Source of the DNA: Haliotis rubra
Lineage: Eukaryota
Length of the DNA: 64,000 nucleotides
Reading direction: 5' to 3'
NCBI RefSeq assembly: GCF_003918875.1
Contig: NW_025767009.1
Coordinates: forward strand, 558,001-622,000
Shown: one piece after another, positions 51,965-64,000 of the stretch
How positions within the stretch are numbered: position 1 is the stretch's first letter
Layout of the letters: the number at the start of each line of letters is the position of its first letter
The notes under the pieces: generated by a model
What the model was told of the DNA's origin: nothing
Database searches by the model: none
Seen by the model: only the letters and a program-made list of their open reading frames with translations
Program-made: the position numbers and the translations under genes

Positions 51965-52261
51965 GCAGTGGCGATGGCAGTGGCACTGGCACTGGCGTTG
52001 GTGGTGGCGATGGCAAAGAGATACAGCCTTGAAAAGTTGGAGAATCAAATAACATGATGATGATGCTGTTGTTGTTGAACAAAGGATCATAACTAGGAGA
52101 TGTGAGATTATAGTTTGTGATATTTCAACACTCCTTGAAAACGGAATGGTCGTCCCCAAGGACTTTGACACACTATAGGCGGACAGTGCCGTCCGTCTAC
52201 AAACATTCTGTGATGGAGTGACAGTCGTTGTTATATTAGTGTTGGGATAGTAGAGACGTTG

Positions 52262-52475
52262 AGTGGTTGTTGTGGTGGTGTCATTTGTAGGGTTAGTGGT
52301 GGTGGTGGTGGTGTAGTAGTAGCAGTAATGAGAAGTACTAGTAGTAGTGGTAGTAGTAGTAGTGGTGGTGGTGGTGGCGGCAACAGCTGCAGCAGTAGTA
52401 GTAGTAGCAGTAGTTGAAGTACATGTAGTGGTAGTAGAAGTAGTAGCAACATCTTCAGCAGCATCAACAGCAGTA
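52262..52475. repeat. Compound (GTG/GTA/GCA)n microsatellite
   Basis: Direct observation; source of the poly-T/P/L ORFs. Confidence 0.9.
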
Positions 52476-52618
52476 GCCAGATTGACCACATCAAGATTCA
52501 TGTAAATAATGAACACCGTCAGGGCACGCTGACACGTCAGATCAAACATTGCACTAATACGATTATCCCAAGTCGGCTCCAGTACGTTGACCTTCTCTCC
52601 CACTGAACAGCAAGCAAC

Positions 52619-52889
52619 NNNNNNNNNNNNNNNNNNNNNNNNNNNNNNNNNNNNNNNNNNNNNNNNNNNNNNNNNNNNNNNNNNNNNNNNNNNNNNNNNN
52701 NNNNNNNNNNNNNNNNNNNNNNNNNNNNNNNNNNNNNNNNNNNNNNNNNNNNNNNNNNNNNNNNNNNNNNNNNNNNNNNNNNNNNNNNNNNNNNNNNNNN
52801 NNNNNNNNNNNNNNNNNNNNNNNNNNNNNNNNNNNNNNNNNNNNNNNNNNNNNNNNNNNNNNNNNNNNNNNNNNNNNNNNNNNNNNNNN
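52619..52889. other. Assembly gap
   Basis: N run. Confidence 1.
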
Positions 52890-55800
52890 TTAGAAGCCGT
52901 TGTAGTGGCAGTACGGTTACACTATATACGGCAGCAACGGTTGTAATAATACCGTGTTAGGGTAACAGTATTCGTAGGGAGGCTATGTTTTATGATATCT
53001 CGTGGACATCTTAAAAGAAATGTGCGTGTCACTAACGCGATTGATTAATTCGTATTAACATATTTCGCGTATAGTAAAATCCCCTTTATCAGTACTGTAG
53101 CATTCCCAGTGAAAGCAACTTGTTTGCAAAAACATATTACGGTTCTCAAAAGACTCAAAGAACAGCATGGCATGATAGATTAAGTACAGTAATATGATAG
53201 AACATGTTGTTATTTAACTTGTTTCGTGTAGTATATGCAAGAATCATACGTGTGACATGCGTCTGGGTATGTGCGTGCGCGCCATGAGTGTGAAGTGTGT
53301 GCCATTAGTGCGCGCGTGTGCGTGTGTGTGCGTTTATCAGTAAATTGCCCCAGAATTACGGAGTCCGGATTAACAAAGGTTTAAACGGCTATATAAATCA
53401 ACCCAGAACGAGTATTGACCGTTAAGCCATTTCTTGTTCTATACAATCAAACAGTCATCGCATTAGACGGATACATTAGCCCCCGAACTGGGAGGTGGGC
53501 GTGTATGTGGGCGTGGCTTTGTTGAGTTTATCGACAGCAGGAACATTAATATTACCTTGCATGACCCGGATAACGCCACTTACATTGATCGCGTCCCTAT
53601 ACACTGTGTCATGTTATTGATCTAACAAATCAATAAATATTGAATTCTTTAGTCAAAATGATTACCAAGCTTGTCCATCAACCATCGTTTCATCTCCAAC
53701 CGTTTCCCGACAATGTTCCTGAAACCATAGACCTCCAACGATGTAATTCATCTTTGATCCCAAACTACAAAAACAGCTAATTTCATTTGTAAACTTCTGT
53801 CTTTATACAGTTTTTTCTCAACGCAAACTCAAATAATCCCAATGTTCTGAAGTTTTCTCTTTATTACAGTTAACGGCTTCGAAGCGCTGGCTTTACAGTA
53901 AGCAATCATACAAGAGACGATGGGCTCGGAAAGGACGAACTCAAACAATGAAGAAGGACGAATTGGAAGCGGGCCATAGAATCAGGAACAATTTGTTCGC
54001 TCACGAACGATTCCGGGGGATATGAAACATGAAAATCTTTATTGAATTTCCATGTCGTGTCCCGACTCTAAGACGACGGAAGATCATAGCTTACAAGGTC
54101 TGAAACTTTATCTCATCTCCTTAAGGTGGTGTATATGGCTAACTATTTTATATACAGTCGGGAATAATGATAAATAGCGTATAAGGAAAGGTTATGGGGG
54201 AAATACATATTTATTTAATCTAGCGCTTTTACTTATGAATGTATACATGTAACTTTTATTCAGAGGACCAAGGATTCAATATTCGTTTTTTAGGAGTGAA
54301 TGTGTTTGGTTCAGCGTAGCTTTCAACAGTATTTTAGTATTACAGCGTGTCGGCTTAATGATCAGCATCAGTAATACTGGCCTTCGATGTTTGGTGAAAG
54401 TTCAAACATGGATGCTAACGGTATCCCTTGCTACTGCGTGTTGCTGTTTAATTTCCTTGTTAATTAAATTAATTCATTGTTTTATCATTAAAGACAAAAA
54501 CCTTAGTTAAGTTGTCCCATTGTCATTTTATACTTATTATCAGTATTTTGTTGGTTTTCAATGCATGTTAAAACATTACGTGTCTTTTATGAGAAGTACT
54601 TATTGTGGGAAAGTTTGATGAGCAGGCAGATAATGTTTAGCTGTGTGTATACTGAATAAATAACCTAGGGCTGATGAATATATTTTTGGGTATGTTTTGT
54701 TGACGCGTGTGTTCAGTGTTCGTTTACAAAAATAGCTTTAAAATATATTTATTAAGTCTAATATAGGTCATATTGTGATAATAGTACTAATTTTCTTTTG
54801 ATGATCTACTATGACTCAATGCCTAATTGTAGAGGACATTTCACCAGAATTATGACAGACAGTTACAATGTACGTCAACAGAGTGAGTGACTTAAACTTT
54901 TATGTCCCATCGGTGTCTTTAGAACTGATCCTACAACTACAATAAATAAAAAATAAAAACCCCGAAAAACACAAAACAAACAAAAAACCAAACAAATAAA
55001 GAAAACAATTTAAAAAATAAATACAAAAATAAATAAAATAAACTGGCGTTACAAGTGAACACCCGGAATCGAACCCATGGTATACAGGGCGAGTGAACAC
55101 TTTACCCACAAGGCCAGTCTGAAATAGCATTATGAAAGTACTTTCCTAAAATAATATCTAATAAATATTAACTATTGTTAACGTGTGCGTGTCAAACAGA
55201 TTTTAAATACAAATGAAATATGTTAATGAAACATGTTTTTTTTAATACCTAACAATAATAAATCATCACGAGATCCTGGCAAGTACTCTCCTTTTAGACG
55301 CTCTCCTATGATTCGTGAATCCATCAAAACCATCTAACATGGGTATAGTAAACGCGTCTAGCCAATATAACTTGTCTGGTGATTTTTTGCTCCAAGTGAG
55401 TCACGGTTGTTTGAATCGATGTTCGAGAAGTCCGTAATTGACCTGATGGTCGGCGGGGCGAGAGCTGATGTATTTTGACAGGGAGACCTGTACGGACCCG
55501 TCAGGTCATACAGGTCACTGGACTCGGGGTTTGTTGCCATGCCAAAGATGCATGACTCTGACAGCTTGGTAGTCATCTGAATAGGAGCGGTTCGGTTGAT
55601 ACTGCGACGGACGTGAAGGTTTCTTGAAGTGCATTTTGTTTATGACCGTTTAAAAATACATGATATTGATTAAGTGTCTTGAGTCGCGTAGTGTGATAAC
55701 CGCGTCACGCTGATTGTTCGTCGGTTATATAATTTACATTTGCACTTTGTTAAATGAAGTTTGTAAGACAAATTTCTAATAATAAGACGAATATTTAACA

Positions 55801-56177
55801 GCTAATTCGGGCCTGACAGTTTTTCGTTTGACAGGGACATAAACTTTAACGGAAGCAACATTTAATCGAACATCACAGGCGGTATGCTACTTAGACGCCA
55901 TCACTCACCCCGCAAAAACTTTACACGGGGACGTTTTCTTTCAGTATCTCTTATGTGGCTAATATTTGCGATCTTTGTGATCTGTTGGCAGAAACTAATT
56001 TCAAAACATTGCCCATTAGCAGATAAGAATAATTTTAAACATTTTTAACAAAAGAATATTGATTTTAACAATGACTCCCACGTCGACATTCCCTTCCAAA
56101 CCTCCTTTACATCATCCCACTTCCTGTTAGCTTACTTTACAGGAGACGTTCTTCTCATATCGTGTAGTTTTCAGATA

Positions 56178-56424
56178 CCTGCGTGAAGATCCGGGTTAGA
56201 ATTGGTCTTTAGAAACCCGTGCTTGTCATAAGAGGCGACTAATGGGATTGGGTGGTCAGGCCCGCTGGCTGGGTTGACACATGTCATTGGTTCCCAAATG
56301 CGCAGATCGATGCTCATGCTGTTGATCACTGGATTGTCTGGTCCAGACTCGATTATTTACAGACCGCCGCCATATAGCTGGAATATTGCTGAGTGCGGTG
56401 TAAAACAACAAAAACAACAACAAA
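56178..56424 (+). mobile_element. Retroposon family B
   Basis: Full length; (CAA)n tail. Confidence 0.92.
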
Positions 56425-56607
56425 ATGTTCATCTGTCAGTTCTTTCCGCTTGCTGTTTTAAGAATGTTTCAAGCTGCCCTTGATTTTCCTTTCTTCATCC
56501 GCCTTCTCTCTCAAACTTTCTTAAGTTTTTCTCTCTCTTTCAAAACATCCGCTTACCTTATTATCGTTCTTACCCATATGGAACAACTCTACCCCTCCAA
56601 CCTTAGG

Positions 56608-56774
56608 GGGGGCGGTGGGGTAGCCTAATGGTTAAAGCGTTGGCTCGTCACGCCGAAGACCCGGGTTCGAATCCCCACATGGGCACAATGTGTGAAGCCC
56701 ATTTCTGGTGTCCCCCGCCGTGATGTTGCTGGAATATTGCTTAAAGCGGCGTAAAACTAAACTCAGTCAGTCAG
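56608..56774 (+). mobile_element. SINE family A
   Basis: 12-bp TSD tccaacc(t/c)tagg. Confidence 0.95.
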
Positions 56775-57227
56775 TCCAACCCTAGGATTTCGTCAGCATA
56801 TGAACCTGGGTTGTGATCACAGTGTTATACCTTCCCAATCACCTGCAATGGGTATTGTAATAAATCCAAACATTATTGCATATTTTAGGTTAAAACGTTT
56901 CTCAAAAACATTACTTTCCGATCTTGGGGTTTGACTAAACGTTTTGCACAATGATGGTCAAGGTTGTAAACGCTCATCTGGATGCAGTCAACATTGTCAT
57001 TAACTGACCTGGACCATACAAGCCGGTGATTGATGTATTGATATCTTTACCAACGACTCATGTAAGAATACGATCTTCCATAACCCTCCAGGTCACACAG
57101 AGGCCCATCTGCAAACGCTAGTACAGAGTTGCATCCGGTAGGAGTGCCAGAGACATAGGATCGCGGGTTCGAATCCCAGATTTGTCAAGATTATATGTCT
57201 TCGTTTGTTAGTTTTATACCCATGTGT

Positions 57228-57393
57228 AGCAGTGGAGTAGCCAAGCTGTTAAAGTGTTCGCTCGTCACGCAACAGTCTTGGGTTCGATTCCCTACATGGG
57301 TACAATGTGTGAAGCCCATTTCTGGTGTGTCCGCCGTGAGACTGCTGAAATATTGCGGCGATAAAAGCGGCGTAAAACTAAATTCACTCACTC
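57228..57393 (+). mobile_element. SINE family A, diverged
   Basis: TSD atacccatgt. Confidence 0.88.
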
Positions 57394-57417
57394 CATACCC
57401 ATGTTCTTGAGTTCACA

Positions 57418-57892
57418 GGGCTCGGTGGGCGAGCGATCTGAGGCACCAGGCTAGTGATCCAGCGAGCTTAAGGTGCCGGGATCGAGCCAACCTGTGACCG
57501 GGTGTAAACACCTTGGAGTCAAGTTTGTGTGCAGACTCTATCAGTGTTGTCACAACCCCTAGTGTACAGTACACAACCCTATAAACTTAAAAGAACCCAC
57601 GAATCCGTTGGTAAATGACCCGATGGTGGCCACATGAATACGTGCAAACACCTAGTTGCGGGTACAGCAACGTGCAGTAAACTTGGACAAAGTACTGTGA
57701 CTATGTGTCCCAGTCCACCCAGCTGTGAATGGGTACCTCGTAAGAAAAGGAAAGCCTCATTAACTCGGTGCGTCTAAATGGCTGCAAGAGTTGTATGATC
57801 CCCAAAGAGTTGAGATTGAAAACCCTATGATCGAGGGAAAAATATAACGCCCCTGCGCAGCTGAGACGAGCTATACAAATATCATATAATAA
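57418..57892 (+). mobile_element. Long multi-domain tRNA-headed SINE (family C)
   Basis: Decayed A/B-box head (gggatcgagcc), a tgtgtgcagactct...aaagaaccc block, a ttggacaaag...ccacccagctgtgaatgggtacc block, and a gctatacaaat...ataataa end. Confidence 0.65.
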
Positions 57893-59146
57893 CAGATGTA
57901 AGATCTGTCCCCCTTCAGCCTTGTCTCCAGGATCTTACTAAAATCCCATGATGTAAATGACATTATGTTCAAAGAGGCGTTAATTCTAAACAACCACTCA
58001 CCATCTTTTAAGATTCCATTCCTTAAGATTCACAACATCTTTAGTCTGTCAGCATCACCTCCGTAATTGCATTCACACAAAAATGTAAAGGTCTAAGATC
58101 GCGACGAGCGTCAATTTGGACCTCTCCTACACAAGCTGACACGTGGTAATATAACTGAATAAAAAATAACCGATACAAATACTGTTCAAAGAGTTAATCC
58201 CAACTCACTCCATACAAATAATTCCTATGTTCAACCCAAATCAATAGGAACGTTTCATCGCCGTTTTTATCGCACATAACATCCCATGAATTAGTAGCCG
58301 TACGAAAAAATACGTTGCTTCAAATTCATCCCAGCTGCTTCATCAATATGCAAATCTACATCATTTCTACTGATCATTACGTCACTTCAGGCCAGCGCCG
58401 TAAATCTATGCCCGTGAAAGTAGTGTAGTGTTAATTCTACAGAATGCGATCTTCGTTAAGGGAGCGAAGTCAGTAATCCAATAGAACCCGCTCAGCCCCG
58501 GTTCCGTCTAATCTGTCCGGAAAATAGGAAGAGGAAAATAAATGATTCTTTCATGGGTTTCATTTAGAAAGGTCGTGATTAGATCGGCACCGCGCTGAGA
58601 TTGACGAAGCTACTTGAGCGGTTAAATAGTTACGTGGGGTCAGACTACTAGTGTTGCGGGTTGGTTTATACAAACATCACTATGTTCTAGGTTACGACGA
58701 ATCCCATCGAAGCCTTCGTCCGATAATTACTTCCAAACACGCATTCAGTGTTATTCCAAATATGTTTTTATTCAGTAGTTTTATGCTTGACAAAGGCTTA
58801 TATGAGACGGAATTTCGATTTTCCTTGAAATGGTGTTAATGAAAGTCAGCATAGCGAAATCCGTATCACAATACGTTCTGATTGTAGAAGAAACTGACAA
58901 AGCGTATATGACGATTATTTTTTCTTTGAAGTAGATTATGGACGAAATCCATATTTCTTTTAAGATGACGCGATTTACCCCAAAATCTCACCACAGATGA
59001 TTTGCACTTATCATGATGATGCTGAGGAACAGACTTCCATAGGTCTGTTGACATTTTGTTCAATAGTATAAGAGCATAATGGTAGAGAGTTGTTGCTCAG
59101 AACAGTATTCAGTTATGTCATGACGTATCAGCTTAACGCCCGAAAA

Positions 59147-59390
59147 CCCGTAAAGATCCGGGTTAGAACTGATCTTCAGTAACCCATGCTTGTCGTAAGA
59201 GGCAACTAACGGGATCGGGTGGTCAGGCTCGCTGACTGGGTTGAGACATGTCATCGTATCCCAATTGCGTAGATCGATGTTCAGGCTGTTGATCCCTGGA
59301 TTGCCTGGTCCAGACTCGATTATTTAGAGACCGCCGCCATATAGGTGGAATATTGCTGAGTGCGGCGTAAAACAACACCAACAACAACAA
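59147..59390 (+). mobile_element. Retroposon family B
   Basis: 13-bp TSD cttaacgcc(c/g)gaa (59132-59144 / 59391-59403); (CAA)n tail. Confidence 0.94.
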
Positions 59391-59798
59391 CTTAACGCCG
59401 GAAGGGATGCAGGTCTTCCCCCGTGTACCACTTTGGGAAACCCACGAGCCCGTTGCTTACAGTACCCAATGATCCCGTGCCTACTACCTATATTATCATT
59501 GTATTGTTGATAATTAAACAAGAGTAGGCTACATCTGACCCCTCTCAGTGATGCCGGTCGCAGACGTTTACCAGCATGGAGAAACCAACTAGCATAGAAA
59601 TGGTGCCGGAAAACCCTATAAACTTAATTCTAAATATGATGGTGCTTGTGCGTGCGTGCTTGCATGCGCGTGTGTGTGTGCATGCGTGTGTTTGATGGGA
59701 GTGACCTTCAAGAATTGTAAGTACACATACATCTGTGCTCAATAGCCACAAAGGGCCATAAAGACGTACGTATTCATCCGTCCACATCCTATACGTCA

Positions 59799-59960
59799 GG
59801 GCGGTGGGGTAGCCTAATGGTTAAAGTGTTTGTTCGTCACGCTGTGGACCCGGGTTCGATTTCCCACATGGGTACAATGTGCGAAGACCATTTCTGATGT
59901 TGATAAACCACCGTAATATTGCCAAAAGCGGCGTAAAACCATACTATACATTCACATTCA
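59799..59960 (+). mobile_element. SINE family A
   Basis: Full length, diverged body; atacgtca flanks. Confidence 0.88.
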
Positions 59961-61418
59961 CTATACATACGTCATATCTCATCATTCTCTACATACGTGG
60001 ATCTCATGCCCCCCTCAATGATACACGTGTGTATGGAATAGACACCCCTACACTACGCACCTACGCTCATGTTCCTAACCAAAATTTCTGCCAAAACAGA
60101 AATTCATGCAGGAGTCTTAACACACAAGAGCAATTACATCCATCAAAATATGCGCGTACAAATACCCGTACAAAAAGAGAAGGGTAACACCTCATTAACA
60201 GACAAGCGTCCTCCTCACACGTGCGTCCATCCGCATACCCCACGAAGAGCCTTGTATCATCTCACTCGACAAAAATCCCCGGACTCTCCAACTGTCACAG
60301 AATATCTTCATGAATAACGGTTCCAATCTAACTCACGTTATTGGTTCTTGTGCACCTAGAAGACCCCCATAACTTGAGACAGCTAGGAGTACACTGTTGA
60401 TTCCAAAGCTGACCTTTCTCAGCTGATAAGTCCCCGCTAGCGTTAGTGGGGTGTTCCCGGCAGGCGGTCCATCTCCTGTACCAACAAGTTCCTTCGAAAA
60501 GCTTCCATTCCATTGGTGAGTCCAAGAGACTCTTACAATCTGATTCCACAGAAAGCCATATCCCGGATGTTATTGAGCGTCTTGTGAAGAAAGGCTCAAG
60601 GTTTTCTAACCAGTCATTAGAGATTTCAACACAGTTAGAGGTGTGAAACGGTCGTAATTGACATTTTGCCCAATACAACGCTGTCAAGAGCTTAATGTCC
60701 CTATCTGATAACCGAATAAGGCCGCAGAGTCCTCTTCTTTCGTTTCAGTAGCCATATTGGTTAAAGTTTTATGAACCCCCATAGCTTCTCCATGCGCCCA
60801 AACTACCCTTTTAATGGCCGTTCCTAGGACAGGAATTAAAGTCTCTGGCTGTGACATTCTATTTGATGAAAACAAAACATTTACTTTACCGCGTGGTTGA
60901 CGAATTACGCACAAGAAATCAGTTTCTAAGCAGCTAAAAGCTTTTGGCCCAGCGCATCAGATGTATCATTTGCACCTTAATGTCACGCTGGGCTGGCGGT
61001 CCGGATATACGTGGAATTATATCCAGGTTTAAGAGTTTTTTTCTGTTATAAACACTGGCAGAAATTCTGCCGAAATAGTCAGCAACAGGTCTACATCATC
61101 GACAGGTCCTCATGGACACCACAGACTGGGAATCAAGTTAAGGCTTGATTATATAAACTTAAGTGACAAAAACATTTCTAAAAAAGAAAGAAAATAAGAT
61201 TCCACTGTTTGATTACCGAAGCAGTATGAAGTTATCAGTCAGTACGCATCAATGATAATGACACCGGGTGTCTGGGAAATGGCAAATGTATCCTGCCCGA
61301 TCGATGGCGTCCGTAGTTGTATCTTCATAAAATCACCAGAGCACACCGCAAAATTAAGAAGTCAACTGCATCACACAACAGTTTTAAAGAAACGTGATAA
61401 GTCCCAACTAAGACACTA

Positions 61419-61581
61419 GGGCGGTGGGGTAGCCCAGTGATTAAAGCGTTCGCTCGTCACGCCGAAGACCCGGGTTCGATTCCCCACATGGGTACAATGC
61501 GTGAAGCCCATTTCTGGTGTCCCCCGCCGTGATAGTGCTGAAATATTGCTAAAAGCAGCGTAAAACCAAACTCACTCACTC
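61419..61581 (+). mobile_element. SINE family A, near consensus
   Basis: Head GGGGTAGCCCAGTGATTAAAGCGTTCGCTCGTCACGCCGAAGACCCGGGTTCGATTCCCC aligns to the 3' half of tRNA-Asp(GTC); actaagaca flanks. Confidence 0.95.
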
Positions 61582-62284
61582 ACTAAGACATGTCGTCGTC
61601 CTGGAGGTCACTGATATACAATTTTAGACAGTGAAATAATTTGACTTGCGTAAATTCGTTGAAGTGAATACATCTATCCAATACTTGCATGGTCTTCATC
61701 CCACATCTAGCTGGCATTCTGTAATATAACTGAAATATTGTTCAAGAGTAAATTTTAACTCACTCACTCATTGATTCCGTACTGGACTGAGCAAAGACAA
61801 GCGGGGGAATACAAGAGCATTCCCTTGGACGCTTTGTAGGAAGCAGTACTTTCCACTCGGTTGCGTTTTCTTTCATGGACGTGTTTGTGGTGTCTGATGT
61901 TGAAATAAGCAAGCCGATTTTAATAACATCATGAAATTGCACATATGTCACTAAGTAATCTGAAACATGAACAACAATAACATATTCAACAAATCGGCGA
62001 AAGTATATTGAATCATGGTCTCAAGAAAACCTTGGAAAGAGGTATTTCTTAATCATTTCATCCACGACACATACATAAGCTAATTTGCACCAGGTAATTT
62101 TACCTGTGCTAAAATCAATATATTGATGTGGTGGTAGTATGTAATTAGATATTGGAATCACGTAAGAATTTAGTAATTTGCATGTTATAATTTGATTAAT
62201 CAACTATGAAAAAACCTGTTCAGAGAAAACTCATTCTAACACAGATACACATAGATATCATTCCTCTCTGTCCTTAACCCAATA

Positions 62285-62435
62285 GGTAGCCTTCTGGTTA
62301 AAGCGTTCGATCGTCACGCCGAAGATGCGGGTTCGATCCCCGACATGGATACAATGTGTGAAGCCCATTTGTGGTGCCCCTGCCGTGATTTTGCTGGAAT
62401 ATTGCTAATAACGACATTAAACCATACTCAGTCAT
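62285..62435 (+). mobile_element. SINE family A
   Basis: Head, body and tail recognisable. Confidence 0.88.
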
Positions 62436-63600
62436 TTACCTCCAGGCGAGTAATGATCAGGATCGCAGTCCATCCTAGTTGCAGGAATTTACACAAGTAG
62501 GAATCGGATCACAAGAATCTGTGACTCGCCAGAATGCGAGTTATCTAGTGTAATAATATGAATTGCTGTTCAAAGGTTTGCGTGGCCCAGACTCGACCAT
62601 TTACACGTCTCCGTGATACAGACTGAGTCTAACGCTTGCATAAAATATTACTTATACACCCACTTACTTGAAAAGTTCCATTTTCCTCATCCCTGGTTGA
62701 GTAAATTGATATTTTAGGAAAGTCTTGAACAACTAATTTAGCAGCTTCTCGAAACTTTCGAAGAGAGTGGCTTCCGATACCATTCTCGATTCCTTAAGGC
62801 TGTATTAAAGTAAATGGAATAACGATATACGTCGCATTAATCTTCCAGTAAGTACCAAAGTGTACATGTATAATAACGGTACATTGCATTGGCATTGCGG
62901 GGCGATGTTACCCATCAGACTAATCTCTCGCTGAGGGCGAGATTTTGTTATTCCATCACCAAGTCCTGTATAGCTTAAAATGTCATCGAAAATATAGAAA
63001 GAACGCCAAGGTAAGTGCAACGGCTACGTTCTGCGAGGAACCGATGTTTCGCTGTCTGGAGCCGTGACGCTACTTTCAGACATGGACACGTAATGAAATG
63101 GCATCGATCAGCGACAGTCGTGACATACCATGTTTGGAGCTCTTTTCGGAGGTGTTCCATTTCCGAGTGGCAAATAGCCGCGGAAGTGCCGGGATTCGCC
63201 AGCCAGTCGCACTTTTGGTATCATCCACGAAATGGCGAACCCGGAATCGATGTCCAAATTTGTGAGAATATTTACTTCATCTAAAAAGAGCTTTTTCGGA
63301 AATTAGTTTCTGTAACCTGGAAACGAAATTTGAAGGGAGGGTTGAGTGCCTGTGTAATATGATTGTGAAGCAGCTGCCAGTTAGCGGGCGAATCAATACT
63401 ATAGGGTTATCGCGCTGTGACAACTTACTGCCACTTACGGCACTTCGCATAACGAGGCATTTGGTTAGATATCCCTGTCTAAATGCTTAAAGGAGTGAGA
63501 AATTCATTTAGTTTGTCACGCAGGAGAGGTACCGGGCCATTACACGCCTTCAAAGCTAGCGGATGAACTGAAGGCAAGTCCAGTAGAGGCAAGTCCAGTA

Positions 63601-63751
63601 GAGTGAGTGAGTATGGTTTTACGCCGCTTTTAGCAATATTCCAGCAATATCACGGCGGGGGGACACCAGAAATGGGCTTCACACATTGTACCCATGTGGG
63701 GTCTTCGGCGTGACGAGCCAACGCTTTAACCACTTGGCTACCCCACCGCCC
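63601..63751 (-). mobile_element. SINE family A (B box deleted)
   Basis: Near consensus except for loss of the aatcgaacccg segment. Confidence 0.92.
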
Positions 63752-64000
63752 TTCAAAAGAACAAGAATGGTGTTGAGGTAGAAGCAGGGATCTAATCCAT
63801 CACCAGCTGATATGTCACGTACCTGTAGGTATATGTCACTTACCTGTAGGTATATGTCACGTACCTGTAGGTATAGGTATATGTCAAGTACTATGTCGCA
63901 GTATTGTAACTGTGTGAGCCTAGGTTCAACTCACAGTGGGAGACATGTCCCGAGTGACGGCAGTCGTTGACGATCACCATTGTAGCGAAAGTGACAAGAA

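Noticed and set aside
51328-52603. 420-aa mucin-like ORF and overlapping ORFs
   Set aside because: Derived from a 70-bp repeat (not a multiple of 3) and trinucleotide microsatellites; open in all three minus-strand frames.
60328-60687. 119-aa ORF ending near a gtgagt donor as the first CARP exon
   Set aside because: Non-ATG start, phase 0 at the donor, no hydrophobic signal sequence and no recognisable homology.
61419-61495. tRNA-Asp gene
   Set aside because: No proper acceptor stem; it continues into a SINE body and tail with TSD-like flanks and occurs about 19 times, so it is a SINE head.

Overview
This is animal genomic DNA, repeat-rich and apparently mostly intronic, with three N-gaps. 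The SINE repertoire suggests a mollusc, probably abalone (Haliotis); that assignment is inference. The only host gene evidence is two minus-strand exons of an alpha-carbonic-anhydrase-related protein (CA10/CARP-like): a 39-nt micro-exon at 22839-22877 that the ORF track misses, and a 137-nt exon at 18743-18879. They splice in phase to give (x)PWALWWSYEGLSG-PDYWGILNPDWNMCKLGHQQSPINIEP... The rest is mobile and repetitive DNA. There are four Tc1/mariner elements (three with the D34E spacing verified), about 19 copies of a tRNA-Asp-headed SINE (family A), and about 11 copies of a retroposon without a tRNA head (family B). Family B shares family A's 3' tail but has a fixed, highly structured 5' end. 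There is also a multi-domain SINE, MULE-, hAT- and Harbinger-type MITEs, and many minisatellites, several with a polar degeneracy gradient. The best leads are family B's structured 5' module (candidate internal promoter or self-processing RNA), a roughly 5.3-kb inverted-arm foldback-like structure at 38.5-43.8 kb, an otherwise intact Tc1 ORF lacking its first catalytic Asp, and a tandem G-quadruplex array. Nearly all long ORFs in the supplied track are artefacts of tandem repeats.
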